The notes under the pieces are model-generated. The model was not told where the DNA came from. It searched no databases and worked only from the letters and a program-made list of their open reading frames with translations. DNA of 63,477 nucleotides, counting the filler, from Aduncisulcus paluster (taxonomy: Eukaryota), in the NCBI GenBank assembly GCA_024181965.1. It is 7 parts of 7 records of this genome, joined end to end, with 100 filler letters (N's around TTAATTAATTAA, not from the genome) between each part and the next. Parts side by side here need not be neighbours in the genome. Positions count along the whole stretch, not along the records: positions 1 to 9,462 come from BQXS01009935.1; positions 9,563 to 11,909 come from BQXS01009938.1; positions 12,010 to 13,937 come from BQXS01009946.1; 4 more parts are not named here. One strand, given 5' to 3'. The position numbers were made by a program, and so were the translations under genes. Each line of letters begins with the position of its first letter. Position 1 is the first letter of the stretch. Below, piece by piece: positions 1 to 12,892 of this stretch.

Positions 1-2
1 AC

Positions 3-3000
3 TTGATCAGTGGGAAACGTGTGGCTCAATCCATTGTTCATCGACTTCTCCATGATTCCATTGTGAAGGAGGAAGAGAACATGAAGGCCATCGTTGATGT
101 GCAAAAGATATGGAGGGGGCGTCAATCTAGGATTCGTTCCAAGGCACTTCAAGATGCTGACAACCAATTGATCGATATGTTCCAGAAGGATAGTATGCTG
201 TATGATGCTGATGGTATGACCACGGATCGGAAACACACAGAGGTCTATGACGCATCATGGTGTTTGGTCAAAGAAATATACGAAAAAGCTATGGAATTGG
301 GTGAGCAGGGCAGGACTGTCTCTGCTTCAAAGTTTTCTGCGTCTCTTTCCAAAGTCAGAAAGGAATCAAGCAACATTGTCACACCTCTTGAACTGATCAG
401 GAGAAGACATGCCAGACGTGCATCTCTTGGAGCTGGACAAAGAGTCATTGCTGTTGTTGAGAACTCCTATGGAGGAAGTTACATTGCCCCCGTCTTGAAT
501 GGTGAGCCCAATGGCAAAGAAGGGAAAGATGAGCTCGAGAAGAAGAAGAAGTGCATTGGATTCGTTGTTGGAACAAAGCTCGGCGAGAGTAGAGGTCTTC
601 GCATGAGAACCAGTCGGAATGCCCAGGAAGAGCGTCGTGGAACTACTGGAACTGCTCTTACCCTCCGAACTGACTTCTTCCAGAATTCAAAGGCATATGG
701 AATGTTCAATACTCGTCCTCGTGAGATGTCTGTCACAGAGCGTGATAAGTGGAGTGTTCGTACTCGTTCTCAGATGCACCAGCAACAAAACAGATTATTA
801 CGGCATCATCCTTTGATCGATGCCACAAGTGCTCACGGATCTATGCCCTTGAAAATGCTTCAGACTTACCTTCTCGTTAATCATGTTCCTCCCACCTGCT
901 TCGTTCTTCCTCACCTTCTAGACTCTGTCGTTCTTGGAGAAGACGTGTGTCTCTTATGGGAACAAAAGGAATATCAGCGTCAGTTGAAGAGGTACAGGCA
1001 TGTCCAGATGGAAAGTCTGGCCAACAACGATGGAAAGCTTGAGTTGAACCTTTTCAGAGAAAAACGAGACCGTGGAATGTGGGTCGGCGTGATCAATGGA
1101 TCTTTGACATTTGAAGATTTTACTGTTATTGAGGATGAAGATCTTTTGCTTGTGGCTGAGCAGCACCGCCGAGAGAGGAAGAAGTTCGCACTCGAGCATG
1201 GCATGAAGGTTGTCATGTCCCGTGAAGAAGACCAGAACCGTGATGCTTACCTACGGATGATGAACAAGCGTAGGATCGGAATGGGATCTATTGATGTCGT
1301 TGGTGGTAACAGTCTTTCAGTTGTCTTTGAACGTAGGAAGAGAAGGGAGAGGAGAGAAGCACGTGAATCTAAGAAACTTACAGGTGGTGAAATTGTTCCA
1401 TTTGATCCCAACTTCACTGGAATGGCTTCTCCCATCGCTTCTCCTGTCCCCGTTCACGAAGACCAACTTGACAAAGCTCTCGATTCCATGAGCCACTCTC
1501 CTTCAACACCCCGTTCTTCAACCCCACATGGATCTGTGTCCAACTCTTCCCCNNNNNNNNNNNNNNNNNNNNACCGTGATGCTTACCTACGGATGATGAA
1601 CAAGCGTAGGATCGGAATGGGATCTATTGATGTCGTTGGTGGTAACAGTCTTTCAGTTGTCTTTGAACGTAGGAAGAGAAGGGAGAGGAGAGAAGCACGT
1701 GAATCTAAGAAACTTACAGGTGGGGAAATTGTTCCATTTGATCCCAACTTCACTGGAATGGCTTCTCCCATCGCTTCTCCTGTCCCCGTTCACGAAGACC
1801 AACTTGACAAAGCTCTCGATTCCATGAGCCACTCTCCTTCAACACCCCGTTCTTCAACCCCACATGGATCTGTGTCCAACTCTTCCCCTCCCCCTCTCCC
1901 TTATCCGATGATCTCGACCACCATTGCAGACAGAGATGCCCTCGAAGGTGGAGAGAAAGAAGAGGAGGAGGAGGAGGAAATGATAGCTCGGGTGGAAGAT
2001 GGGAAAGAAGAGGAATACGCAGAGTTTGTTGCAAGACGTGAGTGGGAGAAGGAGCGTAGAAAAGTGGAAGAAAGCGGAACTCTCACAAACATTGATGATG
2101 TCTTCCACACTCATGTTATTTCCCATGCCAAGTATTCCCCTGCTGTCCGCAAGACTCCGTCCAGATCTGTTTCAAGAACATCCCAATTCTCTGACTCCCT
2201 TGACCAACTCTCAGAACAATCTTCACCCAATGTCTCCCGTGATGATGATCACGAACAACTCTCGGAGAGGATGAGGAAACTCACCATCGACCAAAGAGCC
2301 TCTTCTGAGAGAGAGAGAGAGAGAAAGAGAAGGAAAGGAAGAGGAAGAGAAGAGAGAACCTTTCGATCGTGTCAAGCAAGATGGTGTTGCTCAGATTGGT
2401 CAGAGTCATGATAATAATGTTCCCACCATCTCAATTGATCATGCCAACGAGATTGGATTGGATATTTCTCCCATTTCTCGTTCCCAGGTGCCTGATGGAC
2501 ACTCTGTGAAGCCTACTCTCGATCGTCTTCTCGACAGCGATCTCTCTGGTCAGGATGCCACTATCTCCCCACAAATTGCGACTGAGCATTCCAATACCGT
2601 ACACTCACGTTCTCCATCCTTCGATATCTCCTCCTCTGTTTCCAGTCCCGATGGATACACATTCAAGGTTGGGGATAGTCAAATCTTTGTCGAGAGCGAG
2701 AGTGAGAAGGAGATGTCTGAGGCTCTCCGAGGAATTGATTCCATATTCCATTCGCATATCATCCAGCAGAGAGAGCAGAGAGAGAAAGACACTGATCGTG
2801 AGGACAAGGATGGATTCAATCTTAAGGACACTGATGATGATTGGTTGAAGAAGAGGAAAGATTTCCATGGTTCTTCTCATGGAACTCAGAAACAAGATGT
2901 TGATGGAGAATCTTTAAGAGAGGAACCGACTCTTGAGTCTCCTTCAATTGATCACTCTCCATCGAACCAACTCTCTGAGAGGGACATTCTGAAACTCAAG

Positions 3001-3273
3001 GCTGCCTCAACAAACTCTCCTTCGATGTACTTTGTGCTATCTTCCCCAAGAAGTGTTGAAGATGCCCATCGTGAAGACAAACTACTTCTTGATGAGGATC
3101 TCATTCATCATGAAGGAAAAGCTTCAAACCATCAACCATACGCCGGTGATGAGAGTGCTCCTCTGAAACCCTCAGCAACGACTGGTCTGTCTCCTGGCAC
3201 TCTCAAAGAAATGGAGGATGGAGTTGGACAAGCTGTTAACAAGAAAGAAGACAGCGGTTTCTTCCATTTCTAA
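3..3273 (+). CDS. Large hypothetical protein with IQ-like motif, 5' partial; ORFs 3..2411 and 2458..3273 are probably one gene
   Basis: IQ-like motif VQKIWRGRQSR near the N-terminus. The frame of 2458..3273 stays open upstream to the (GA)9 run at 2307-2324 (EEEKREPFDRVKQDG...). Includes the gap-flanking duplication 1237-1552/1573-1888. Confidence 0.7.
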
Positions 3274-4025
3274 ACTAAATAATTAATAGTAATTGCTTAA
3301 AGAAAGTATTTTAAATATTATATATTATATTTACTCTTCCATATATCTGTTGTATTATAACACTTTTTTTTAGATCCATTATTAGACTATTTTATTGTTT
3401 TAATCGCAATCGCACTAGCTAAACAACATTTTTATGTCCTGTATTTTTGTTATTTTCCCTCTCTTGGGGCATGCTATGATATTTTCCCTCTACTGGATGT
3501 ATTATTACTCCACATCATGGAACTTGGAATCATTTTCATTGTTCATTCGAAATGAAGATTATTTCACATATATATCTTCCATGTGGTTTGAATATCCAAG
3601 ATATGTTGAATAACACAATATTTCTATTTCCAACCGATTTCGATTGCTGAACAGTATCGAGGTCGAATTCAACTTGTTCATTGTGTTGTTTAAGAATAAA
3701 GTATGTATTAATTTTCAATATTAAGATCTCTTCTTAATAACTTAAATATTGCCACTAATTTTCAAACAATTTTTGGTATATTTTTGTAACTCATTGTCCA
3801 GTTATCAAACATGAGCTAATAAATTAAAAATAAATTTTAAAATTACTTATATGTAAAAATATTAGTATAACTATCCTGTTCATGAGATGGAAACGACTAT
3901 AATTCAAAAGCACTGTTAATTCCTTGTTTTGTTAGGTCATTAACACTAATTTGACTAATTTTTCTTTTAAATTATCATTGGTTTCATATTGCATTTCTAT
4001 ATTTTATAAAACACATTAATTTTCC

Positions 4026-5159
4026 ATGGGAAACAGTGAATCTGCTCCATCGCAGAATATAAAAGAGGAGGCCCAAATTAAACCCTCCAAAGAGAAACCA
4101 AAAGTCGTCAATACAATAGTTAGCCCTGAAAGTTCGAATGCCACTCGGGCATCTCATGAAGGTGATAGGTCAGCCTCTTTATCTGACCCTCCATCCAGGG
4201 AACACCATGAATCATCTGATAATTGGGATGATTGGGATAGCAAAGAACAGAAAAAATCATCAAAAGATAAAAAATCAAAGTCAAAAGATAAAACCATCAC
4301 TGAAGAACCAAAAGATAAAACGGAGCCTCAACAAGAAGGTTATAAGCAATCTATAGATAAGGATAGTGATCATACAACCAAGTTAGTGTTGAATGAGGAT
4401 CCATCTACCTCCCGCCAAGATCATATATCCACTCCCAAAGCCTCCATCATGGATATCAAACATTCTGAAATAATTCCTTCTTCATCGTCTGCACAAAAGC
4501 CTCAATCATATTTTTCCCGTGGTTCCTCCGATGGGTCTCGGAAAAGGCAGCGGAAAAGACGGACTGGGACGGATTTTGATATCGAAGCCTTTCGGAAAGT
4601 CAATTCACCCATTTGGGCTGCAGCTTCCTCTGCAGTTTCTATTGCCTCATCTGCTCGTTCAAAAGGTCCTCATCTTGGCAGTACCAGTCGCTCTCTCCTT
4701 GATGTTGTTGTTGCAGCCGATAAGCCTCTTTCTGTCGCTACTCTATCTCCGAGACATATTGGTGGCTCTGTTCCATCTAGCACTGCATCTGGTATGGCTC
4801 GTACTCTCTCACGCTCATCTCCCACCCCATCTCCCCTCTCACGATCTTTTTCCCATGATGTTGACAATCCTCCCAAGCGGCATGACGAAGGGTCCAAACG
4901 ATCTGAGGATGTCTCTTCCAAACATGACATGCCAACGATGACAACAACGGATACAACGGGATTTTCATCCGGGCTTACCATGCATCGTGAAGTTGATGTG
5001 TCTGAAGAAATCCAAAGAGACGCTCCATCGTTGAGTGGCAGAAGGAAAGCATCATTGCATAGACGTGGTGGGCATCAACAAGTGGCACATGATCCCTCAG
5101 TTTCATCAGTACTTGATGCACACGATGAGGAGATGATTGATCAGATTCTTGGGATTTGA
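4026..5159 (+). CDS. Ser-rich hypothetical protein, possibly N-myristoylated
   Basis: 377-aa ORF between AT-rich flanks; starts MGNSES, matching MGxxxS. Confidence 0.7.
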   Translation: MGNSESAPSQNIKEEAQIKPSKEKPKVVNTIVSPESSNATRASHEGDRSASLSDPPSREHHESSDNWDDWDSKEQKKSSKDKKSKSKDKTITEEPKDKTEPQQEGYKQSIDKDSDHTTKLVLNEDPSTSRQDHISTPKASIMDIKHSEIIPSSSSAQKPQSYFSRGSSDGSRKRQRKRRTGTDFDIEAFRKVNSPIWAAASSAVSIASSARSKGPHLGSTSRSLLDVVVAADKPLSVATLSPRHIGGSVPSSTASGMARTLSRSSPTPSPLSRSFSHDVDNPPKRHDEGSKRSEDVSSKHDMPTMTTTDTTGFSSGLTMHREVDVSEEIQRDAPSLSGRRKASLHRRGGHQQVAHDPSVSSVLDAHDEEMIDQILGI

Positions 5160-5182
5160 TTGTTCGATCATTCAGGTCTCTC

Positions 5183-5227
5183 CAGTACAGTATAGTACAG
5201 TACAGTATAGTATAGTACAGTATAGTT
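5183..5227. repeat. Pentamer microsatellite (AGTAC/AGTAT)n
   Basis: cagtacagtatagtacagtacagtatagtatagtacagtatagt read directly. Confidence 0.9.
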
Positions 5228-5837
5228 TATATTATACCATTGGATGATTTCTTCAAGATCATTGTTGTAGTGAGTCCATATCTTGATATTCCTGACTTTG
5301 ATTTAGACTTCACATTTCTTTTTGATTTTCGAAAAGAAGAATATCTTTATTTTCATATAATTATTAGTTTTCCCCTTGCAATCTCACACAAATTCATTTT
5401 CAATCCTCATTATTTCTTCCCCTTTTTCGTTATTTTTTGTCAACAATCTCATATTGACATCTTGTCTATGTTCTAGTTTATTTTCATAAGGAGAGAAATT
5501 TTCTTATCCTTCTAGATTTTTCGAAGATCTCGCATCTTATTTGACAGCACATAAACAATTAATAAATGTCGTTGTTAGTCATTAATTGAATGGGACAGTG
5601 GACTGGTTGAATAATGTAAAATTCACTATAAATCATTTAATTTGTATTATACTTATTGATTTGAAAAAGAATTTTGCTTTTGTTAAAACTTTTATTGGGA
5701 AATACACCGTACAAATGAGTGATTCTATTTTGTAGTTAATATCGATTATCAACGCATATAATAAAATAAAATAACAATAATATGAAGTTTAATGAAAATA
5801 TTATGCATGTAATATAGATTTTATTGTTGTTCTTGAG

Positions 5838-8800
5838 TTGATTGAATCCATTCAATATAAAAACGCTTTTGGGATCATTCCAAAAATGGATCGGTTCACT
5901 TTCACTTATTCTACAAAGCAAGGGAAAGAAGGGGAGGTTGAGCCTGTCCATAATGATGTTTTTGAAGTTTCAGATATGTTTTCTTCTTTTGCTGCGGATC
6001 CTGGTGGTTTTACTGACAAAATGATTTATGTTTCAGAGTCAAAAGATATGATGTCATCAATTTTATTTCCAATGCAAGAGATATTATCCATTCCAGTCAG
6101 AAAGGAATTATTAGCTCCAAAATCCTTTGTATTTCTTTCTTCCCCGCATGATGATTCAAAATATTTTACATATGAGTTTATGAGAATGTTGATTATTCAA
6201 TATCTCCAAACTCATGATACATACCGGGATTTTTGTCATATTTCTCTCCATAAGCAGTTTTTGAACGTTCCACTAATTTCTTCGAATCCAAAGTATAAAT
6301 ATTATAATAGAACTCCCATATCTGTTAGGGGAATGTTATGCGCGCTTGTTAAGATCCATAAATTTTATTCTATTCCCATCATTGGTGTCGCTAAGCAGCG
6401 GATCAACGATCGCACCCGCTCTCATCAATATATTTTATTTTATCGTAATGAAACGGATCAGCTTCGATCTTTCTACATGTTGAAGAACGCTGAGACCAAG
6501 ATATCTTTGCGCCAAACAAGATTCGGTGAATTTGATTGTGAAAGTCTTTCTAAGAGTTTAACAAAGCATTCAAATTATGAATTTGCAAAGCTCCTTGAAG
6601 TTCAAATGAGACAAAAACGATACCTTGAAGGTAAAGCTAGGAAAGAAGTGAAGGCACAATATGCCCATATATCGCCATATATCCGTCCGTATATTTACTT
6701 TGACAATCGATCTCCATTTTGTCCCGCAAGTTCTCATTCTCTAAAAGATCGACAATTCTTCAAGTCTGGGGACACAGTTAGTTATTTGTTCAATATCGAC
6801 CAGTCTCCTATCATGCATGTCGTGGAACACGAAAAGACCCTAATGAATTGGTTATCCGGTTCTTGTCGGACGGTTGAGCTTGATGAATGGCTTGAAGTTC
6901 GCCAGAGAATGGCTGAACGAAGCAAGTTACGGAGAAAGAAGGATAAAAATGAACTCAAACGTATTGTTGCCGAGGGTAATTCATACTTTAAAAGTCAATT
7001 ATCTCGCCGTACTTCTTCTTCGAAACCCTGTCCTTCATCTCCCGATCTTTCTTCCTTCGTATTCCCTCGATATGACCCCAGTGATGAATGTTCTGTTCCA
7101 GTTAGATTTCGATCCCATTTATTCATCCATTCTTCCCAACTCCCCACCATCCCATTTCCTATCGTTCTCCTGAACTCTCTTCCATCTCCCCTTCTCCCAT
7201 ACCTTTCAATGTGTCTCTCGAGTTGCAATGCAATGGTGATCGGTGTCATCCATTCGAACAGTGGAGAATCATTTCCTTATCGTCCAAACGCCTCATGCGG
7301 TGATTTGTATTCTTGCAAGGGTGCAAAGCCTGATCTTTATTTGAGGTATCGAGAGAATCGGAGGTTGTTTATGACCCTAGAATCATATACTAGGGAGTGG
7401 AAGGATTGGTTGCGCTGGGTTGCTGAGTATAGACAATCTGGGGGCTTTAGAAAAACGTATCTTTCAGATCCATCCAAGACCTCTCAATTCACAAAGATGA
7501 TGGAACCAGGATGTAGGAATATGATTCCTCCACATCCGCCCATGCTAAGCTTCTCGGAGAGAGATGTTGACGATATTGGAAAACATACGCATATGACAGC
7601 GGCTATTGTCTGTGCCTCTGAACATGATAAGTCCATTGTACGGAATATTATCGGAATTAAACGATTGATCGATGTTTCATCGCCAGATATGTTTGTGTGG
7701 TCCATCAAGAACCGTATTAAATATCCTGAATTCTATGGACTTGATTCTTCTGGCTCTACTTCATTGCATTCGTCACTTGGAATATCCTCTTCTTCTTCTT
7801 CCACGGTAAACACCGGTGTAGGTATGTCCATGTCCGGTCGTCGTCATTCCTCGATCACTGGTTCTGGTCTCCATTCTTCTGCCTCTTCCCTCTCTGGTGT
7901 GTCTCGTTGCTTCCCTTTGGATATGTTCTATCTTCAAGTCATTACCCAGCTCGAGGACTTCATTCCTTCCACTTTCACTCACCCACAGCATAGTGCTGGC
8001 ATTGACAAAGTCTGGATTGAGGAGATTGTCGGTGATCTTGTAGGTGGAACTGGTGTGTTGTGCTCAGGGTTTAACTCAACCAATGCTTCAAATTTATGGA
8101 ATGTTCCAACTCGCAGAGCACATGTTGATTGGGGAGAAGTTGATCTCAATAGATTACATCGACCAAACTTTCGCAGTATGTACTATATATTCCATAAGGT
8201 TTATGAGAAATATTGTTCTCATCGAAAACAACGGAAAATGTGGAAATATCCATTGTTTATACGTCATGGAAGACAGGAAATGATGCAACAATGTCATTTA
8301 TCTTCCAGACATCCCATTTTATTCTCACATCTTGTTTCTTATCTCAGTGGTGATAACATTTCATTCTGTATAAAGCTTCATCGTAGCATTATCAAATCGA
8401 TCAAAAGAGTAAGATCTGCACTATGTTCAGGCGCTATTTCACTTCCATCGGCAGAAAATATTGAACCTTCTGAAGTTCCCAAGGCTGAGCTGACTGATAT
8501 CAAGACTGAGCTGACTGATAACGATGCGTATGACATTATTGGAATTACCAATGGAGTGACTAGTGCCAACTCAAGTATGGGTGAAGCTGGTTCGTCATCT
8601 GCATCTGTTTCCGATGAATATTACTACCACGAGGGAGACGATGAATTAGATTTGTTGGATGACGATACTCCTTTGAATGCCATCATATCTGTGAAGGCTA
8701 GTTATTTTGATTTTCAGGATGAAGAAGAGGAAGAGGAAGAGGAGGAGGAAGATATGAGAGGTTATAATTTGACTGAGCGTAGAACTGATATTCGTGATTC

Positions 8801-9462
8801 TCATCAACAGGAAGTCCACTCTCCAATGGTTTCCATTCCAACAAAGGAGAAAGAAAGTGCCGCGTCTGGATCTGTGATATTATCTGGATTGACAGAAGTT
8901 GGGGATGGTTCAACAGCATCCAAACAGAAAGTAGATCTGGCACAACAGAAAGAATCGCTTCCCCAGATTCCTCTGAGATCACTCTTTGCTCTTCTTTGGT
9001 GTGGAATCAGTGATATTTGTGAGGATGTGAGCAACTGTGTGGTCGAAAGTGGTATGAAGTGGGCTGATGAAGAGTATGAAAATAGGAGGAAAAAGAAGGA
9101 AGCTCAAAGAAAGAAAGAACTTGAACGGCAACAGCGGAGAAGGCAACGAGAACAGGAACAAAGAGAGAAGAGAGAGAGGCAGAGAGCTCGGTTGAGGGAA
9201 AGTTTGCAGTTGGACAGGACCAGCAAGCGCATTGAGAAAAGAAAACAACGCGAGATGGAAGAATTGGCTTCGTATGGACGCTTCGAGAGAAAAGAGGAAG
9301 AAGAGGAGGAAGAGGAGGAAGAAGAAGAGGAAGAGGAAGAAGAGGAAGTGAGAGATTCTACCCTCACGCCACTTTGTTTTGATATTGACACGACTCGTTT
9401 GGAAGCAATCGATGACGAGGAAGATAGTGCTGAGAATTACAATGGGGCATTCGAAGAAGACA
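5838..9462 (+). CDS. Large hypothetical protein with acidic and coiled-coil C-terminus, 3' partial, start uncertain
   Basis: About 1200 open codons running into the linker; no family recognised. Confidence 0.75.
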
Positions 9463-9562
9463 NNNNNNNNNNNNNNNNNNNNNNNNNNNNNNNNNNNNNN
9501 NNNNNNTTAATTAATTAANNNNNNNNNNNNNNNNNNNNNNNNNNNNNNNNNNNNNNNNNNNN
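9463..9562. other. Artificial contig linker N44-TTAATTAATTAA-N44 (also 11910-12009, 13938-14037, 30489-30588, 41871-41970, 57452-57551)
   Basis: Identical 100-bp cassette with stops in all six frames, present six times. Confidence 0.98.
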
Positions 9563-9574
9563 TTCACTCATGAT

Positions 9575-9650
9575 CACACACAAAACACACACAAACAAAA
9601 CAAAAAACACACACAGCACACACAACACACAAAATAACACACAGCACGTG
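9575..9650. repeat. Irregular CA/CAA-rich simple repeat at contig edge
   Basis: cacacacaaaacacacacaaacaaaacaaaaaacacacacagcacacacaacacac... Confidence 0.85.
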
Positions 9651-10896
9651 CAAACATGCCAGGGGCTAGGGAAATCGTGTGAGGAGATAGAAAACAATCT
9701 ATGTTGGACATATAGTTTTGAATTGAAATTTTTTTCATATTTGAATCGTTAATGGCCAGATTACATAAGGCATCATGTATCGACATTATATCCATAATAA
9801 ATAAATTTTTCTTCTGGATGCAACTCTGATGGTATATAAAAAGTGAAATCTGTCCTCTCACCAACTCATTGATATCGGGATGATAAAAAAGATAAATGTC
9901 ATTTATATGCAAGTTGTTATGTATTACATTGATATCTACCATCATTTGTTTTCAATCTCTCAAACATCCCAGTGAAGTGTGGATATTCAGTTGCATTTGC
10001 CCTGTTATACAACATAATGCGAGAATAAAAATCAAGAATATGCTTATTGTATTGCTCTCACATAGACCTTCTCATCCCTTGAGTCTCGAAATATTCTCAA
10101 ATGATCTATTTTTAGCACAGATTCGAAGTTTGATATTCGGCTTTTTCTTTGCAATCAAAAAAAAAAAGTATGTAATTGAAGCCTGTTTGTTATCTTTTTT
10201 CAGTGTTATGACCTCCTAACCCGGTTTTATTATATTTTCATCCTATTATACTCTGGCTGGTGTGGTTTTTATTCTTTTTTATAACCCTTTTTCTTTTCNN
10301 NNNNNNNNNNNNNNNNNNTATCGGGATGATAAAAAAGATAAATGTCATTTATATGCAAGTTGTTATGTATTACATTGATATCTACCATCATTTGTTTTCA
10401 ATCTCTCAAACATCCCAGTGAAGTGTGGATATTCAGTTGCATTTGCCCTGTTATACAACATAATGCGAGAATAAAAATCAAGAATATGCTTATTGTATTG
10501 CTCTCACATAGACCTTCTCATCCCTTGAGTCTCGAAATATTCTCAAATGATCTATTTTTAGCACAGATTCGAAGTTTGATATTCGGCTTTTTCTTTGCAA
10601 TCAAAAAAAAAGTATGTAATTGAAGCCTGTTTGTTATCTTTTTTCAGTGTTATGACCTCCTAACCCGGTTTTATTATATTTTCATCCTATTATACTCTGG
10701 CTGGTGTGGTTTTTATTCTTTTTTATAACCCTTTTTCTTTTCCTATACGATTTTTTAACCGACTGCTAAATGCTTTCAATTTTTTTTTGCATATATTTAT
10801 ATTTGTTCCTACACACTTAACATTTATATTTATAATATTATTTTCTTTCTTTGCTTTCTTTTATATATATATTTTACAATTTATTATTTTTTAGAT

Positions 10897-11909
10897 ATGC
10901 AGGGAAAAAATCACTGCTCACGTGCTCAATGGGCAAAAAATACGCCAAAGACGACAAATCCCGACTTTGACATATGTATGTCTTGTAATTACACCCCAAG
11001 AAAAATGTGCAAAGAAAGATTTCTGGGGGAAGTTGGTGCATTTTCCAAATCACTGCCGAAATATATCTATGATGATGAACTGTTATTGGCTGTGCTATCT
11101 GAATTCATTGGATATCTGAATAGTTTTGCTTTAAACTCTAAAACTATTACATTATATGCTCTTCAACTGATCATGTTTAAAGAGTATGTGGATTCAGAGT
11201 TCTCTCCAAAAGTATTTGAGCTGTCTGGTCTTGGTTTTATTGCTTCTCAGTCTTTAATCCGTTCATACTCGATGAAATGTGCTCCATCATCAGCAAAAAA
11301 CTGCACCTATGCTCTGAAGTTTGCTGGACAACTCCTCGAAGAAAAAAACAAATCCTACTCTCTCTCTCGTTATACCCATTTGTTTAAAGAAATTAGAAGA
11401 GCTGCTACAAGAAAACTTAGAGCTCAGAAAGTTGAATCAGAACTTGATCCAAAAGAACTTAGAACCATCTTTTGTAAGATAAAGAAACAATTATCTGATG
11501 CTTGTGCTTCTTCTCACGTTCATGATACTCATTTGTTGAAATTTCAGCGTTTATTGTTTGTAAGCATTGCTACCTTCACAACCCAACGAGCTGCATCAAT
11601 AAGAATGATGAGGTGTGAAGATGTAAAGAGTATTGATGGATCATTGACATTGTTTATGGACCTGGGAAGGAAGAAGAAGGACAGAGTTGGTAAATCTCGC
11701 TATCCATTAAGTAGAAAGTGGAGATTTCTCGAAGAAGCAATCCTATTATGGATAAAAGAACTGAGAGAACGGTTCTTTAAATACTATTCCAGCTCTGATT
11801 CTGAAAACTCACTCGAAGATCTCCCTCTTTTCTTCACCACCTCACTTAACCTTGTCCAACAAGCTACTGTTGGAAAGTGGATGGATATTGTATGTGGAAA
11901 ACATGTCAC
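10897..11909 (+). CDS. Tyrosine recombinase (phage-integrase fold; Crypton/DIRS/Polinton-like), 3' partial
   Basis: Core-binding-like helix CAPSSAKNCTYALKF; box I-like FTTQRAASIRMMRCEDV (cf. TGxRxxExxxLxxxD); Lys-rich hairpin GRKKKD; PLFF; ends GKHVT just where HxxR is expected. Confidence 0.7.
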
Positions 11910-12009
11910 NNNNNNNNNNNNNNNNNNNNNNNNNNNNNNNNNNNNNNNNNNNNTTAATTAATTAANNNNNNNNNNNNNNNNNNNNNNNNNNNNNNNNNNN
12001 NNNNNNNNN

Positions 12010-12483
12010 CTGACGTTTTGTAGCCCTCTTGTGAATAGTGGGGGTTACAAATAGATGCAACGGAGTAGGAGAGTCTGATGTTTCACCACCAGAGGTTTCT
12101 GTAGACATGGCAAGGCTATCTAACTCCGAAAATTTTTTATCCTCTTTATCAGAAAGCGATTTAATAAACATAAAAAGGCATTTCCTATTGGAGGCAATAG
12201 TGGTGGAGGTACCATTGGAGATCCCTTGTAGGTTCGAGATACGACCATCAAAGAGTTCTCTAACAAGAGGGTTCTTCTCATAAATATGAACAAGGACTTT
12301 TAAAGCAACATCCTTGGTCGGAATATTGTAGTTAATATCTCCAACTTGGAACTTCCTTTGGGAACCAAGAGTAACCAAGATCCCAAGATCAGTTAGGAGG
12401 TAGGGGATATTGCTAGCAGAAAGTGACTCAAAAAGGCGACTAATTTCGCCCGTTTCAATGGAGCTCTGCGCTTCCTCAGTCAT
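12010..12483 (-). CDS. Hypothetical protein, 3' partial
   Basis: ORF from ATG at 12483 runs into the linker; AT-rich upstream; no homology recognised. Confidence 0.5.
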
Positions 12484-12892
12484 TTAGAAAAAAGGTGTGC
12501 TGAAACCTAGAAACAAATAAAAATATTATGTAATTAGGTAACTAGAGCTAAAAAGCAATACAAAATCAGTATCAAAAAGGAAACTAAAATTTGTATGGTG
12601 AGTTCTCCTCTACATCCACAAATATACAGTATCATATCTAATTAACGTTAAAGTTCGGATCATTGTCGACTTTTACCAATATTAAATATTATAATTCTTT
12701 GATTAAATGCTTAAATGAACCACAATGAAAAAATAATGCTTGGAGGTTCGACATTTCCAGGATCGAAGTTATATAATTTTCAAAATAAGTTTTCATTAGG
12801 ATTTATTTAATATCACTGGGTATATATCTCGAATAACCTACATTGTATCCCTCAAGAAATGTGCTCGTCGTTTTGATTAAATAACTAATTTT

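Noticed and set aside
1237-1888. 316-bp tandem duplication inside the first gene
   Set aside because: The copies flank a 20-N gap and differ by one synonymous base (1388/1724), which indicates an unmerged contig overlap or two haplotypes.
9873-10742. About 425-bp direct repeat upstream of the recombinase, resembling an LTR or att site
   Set aside because: Flanks a 20-N gap and the only difference I see is A-run length; assembly overlap.
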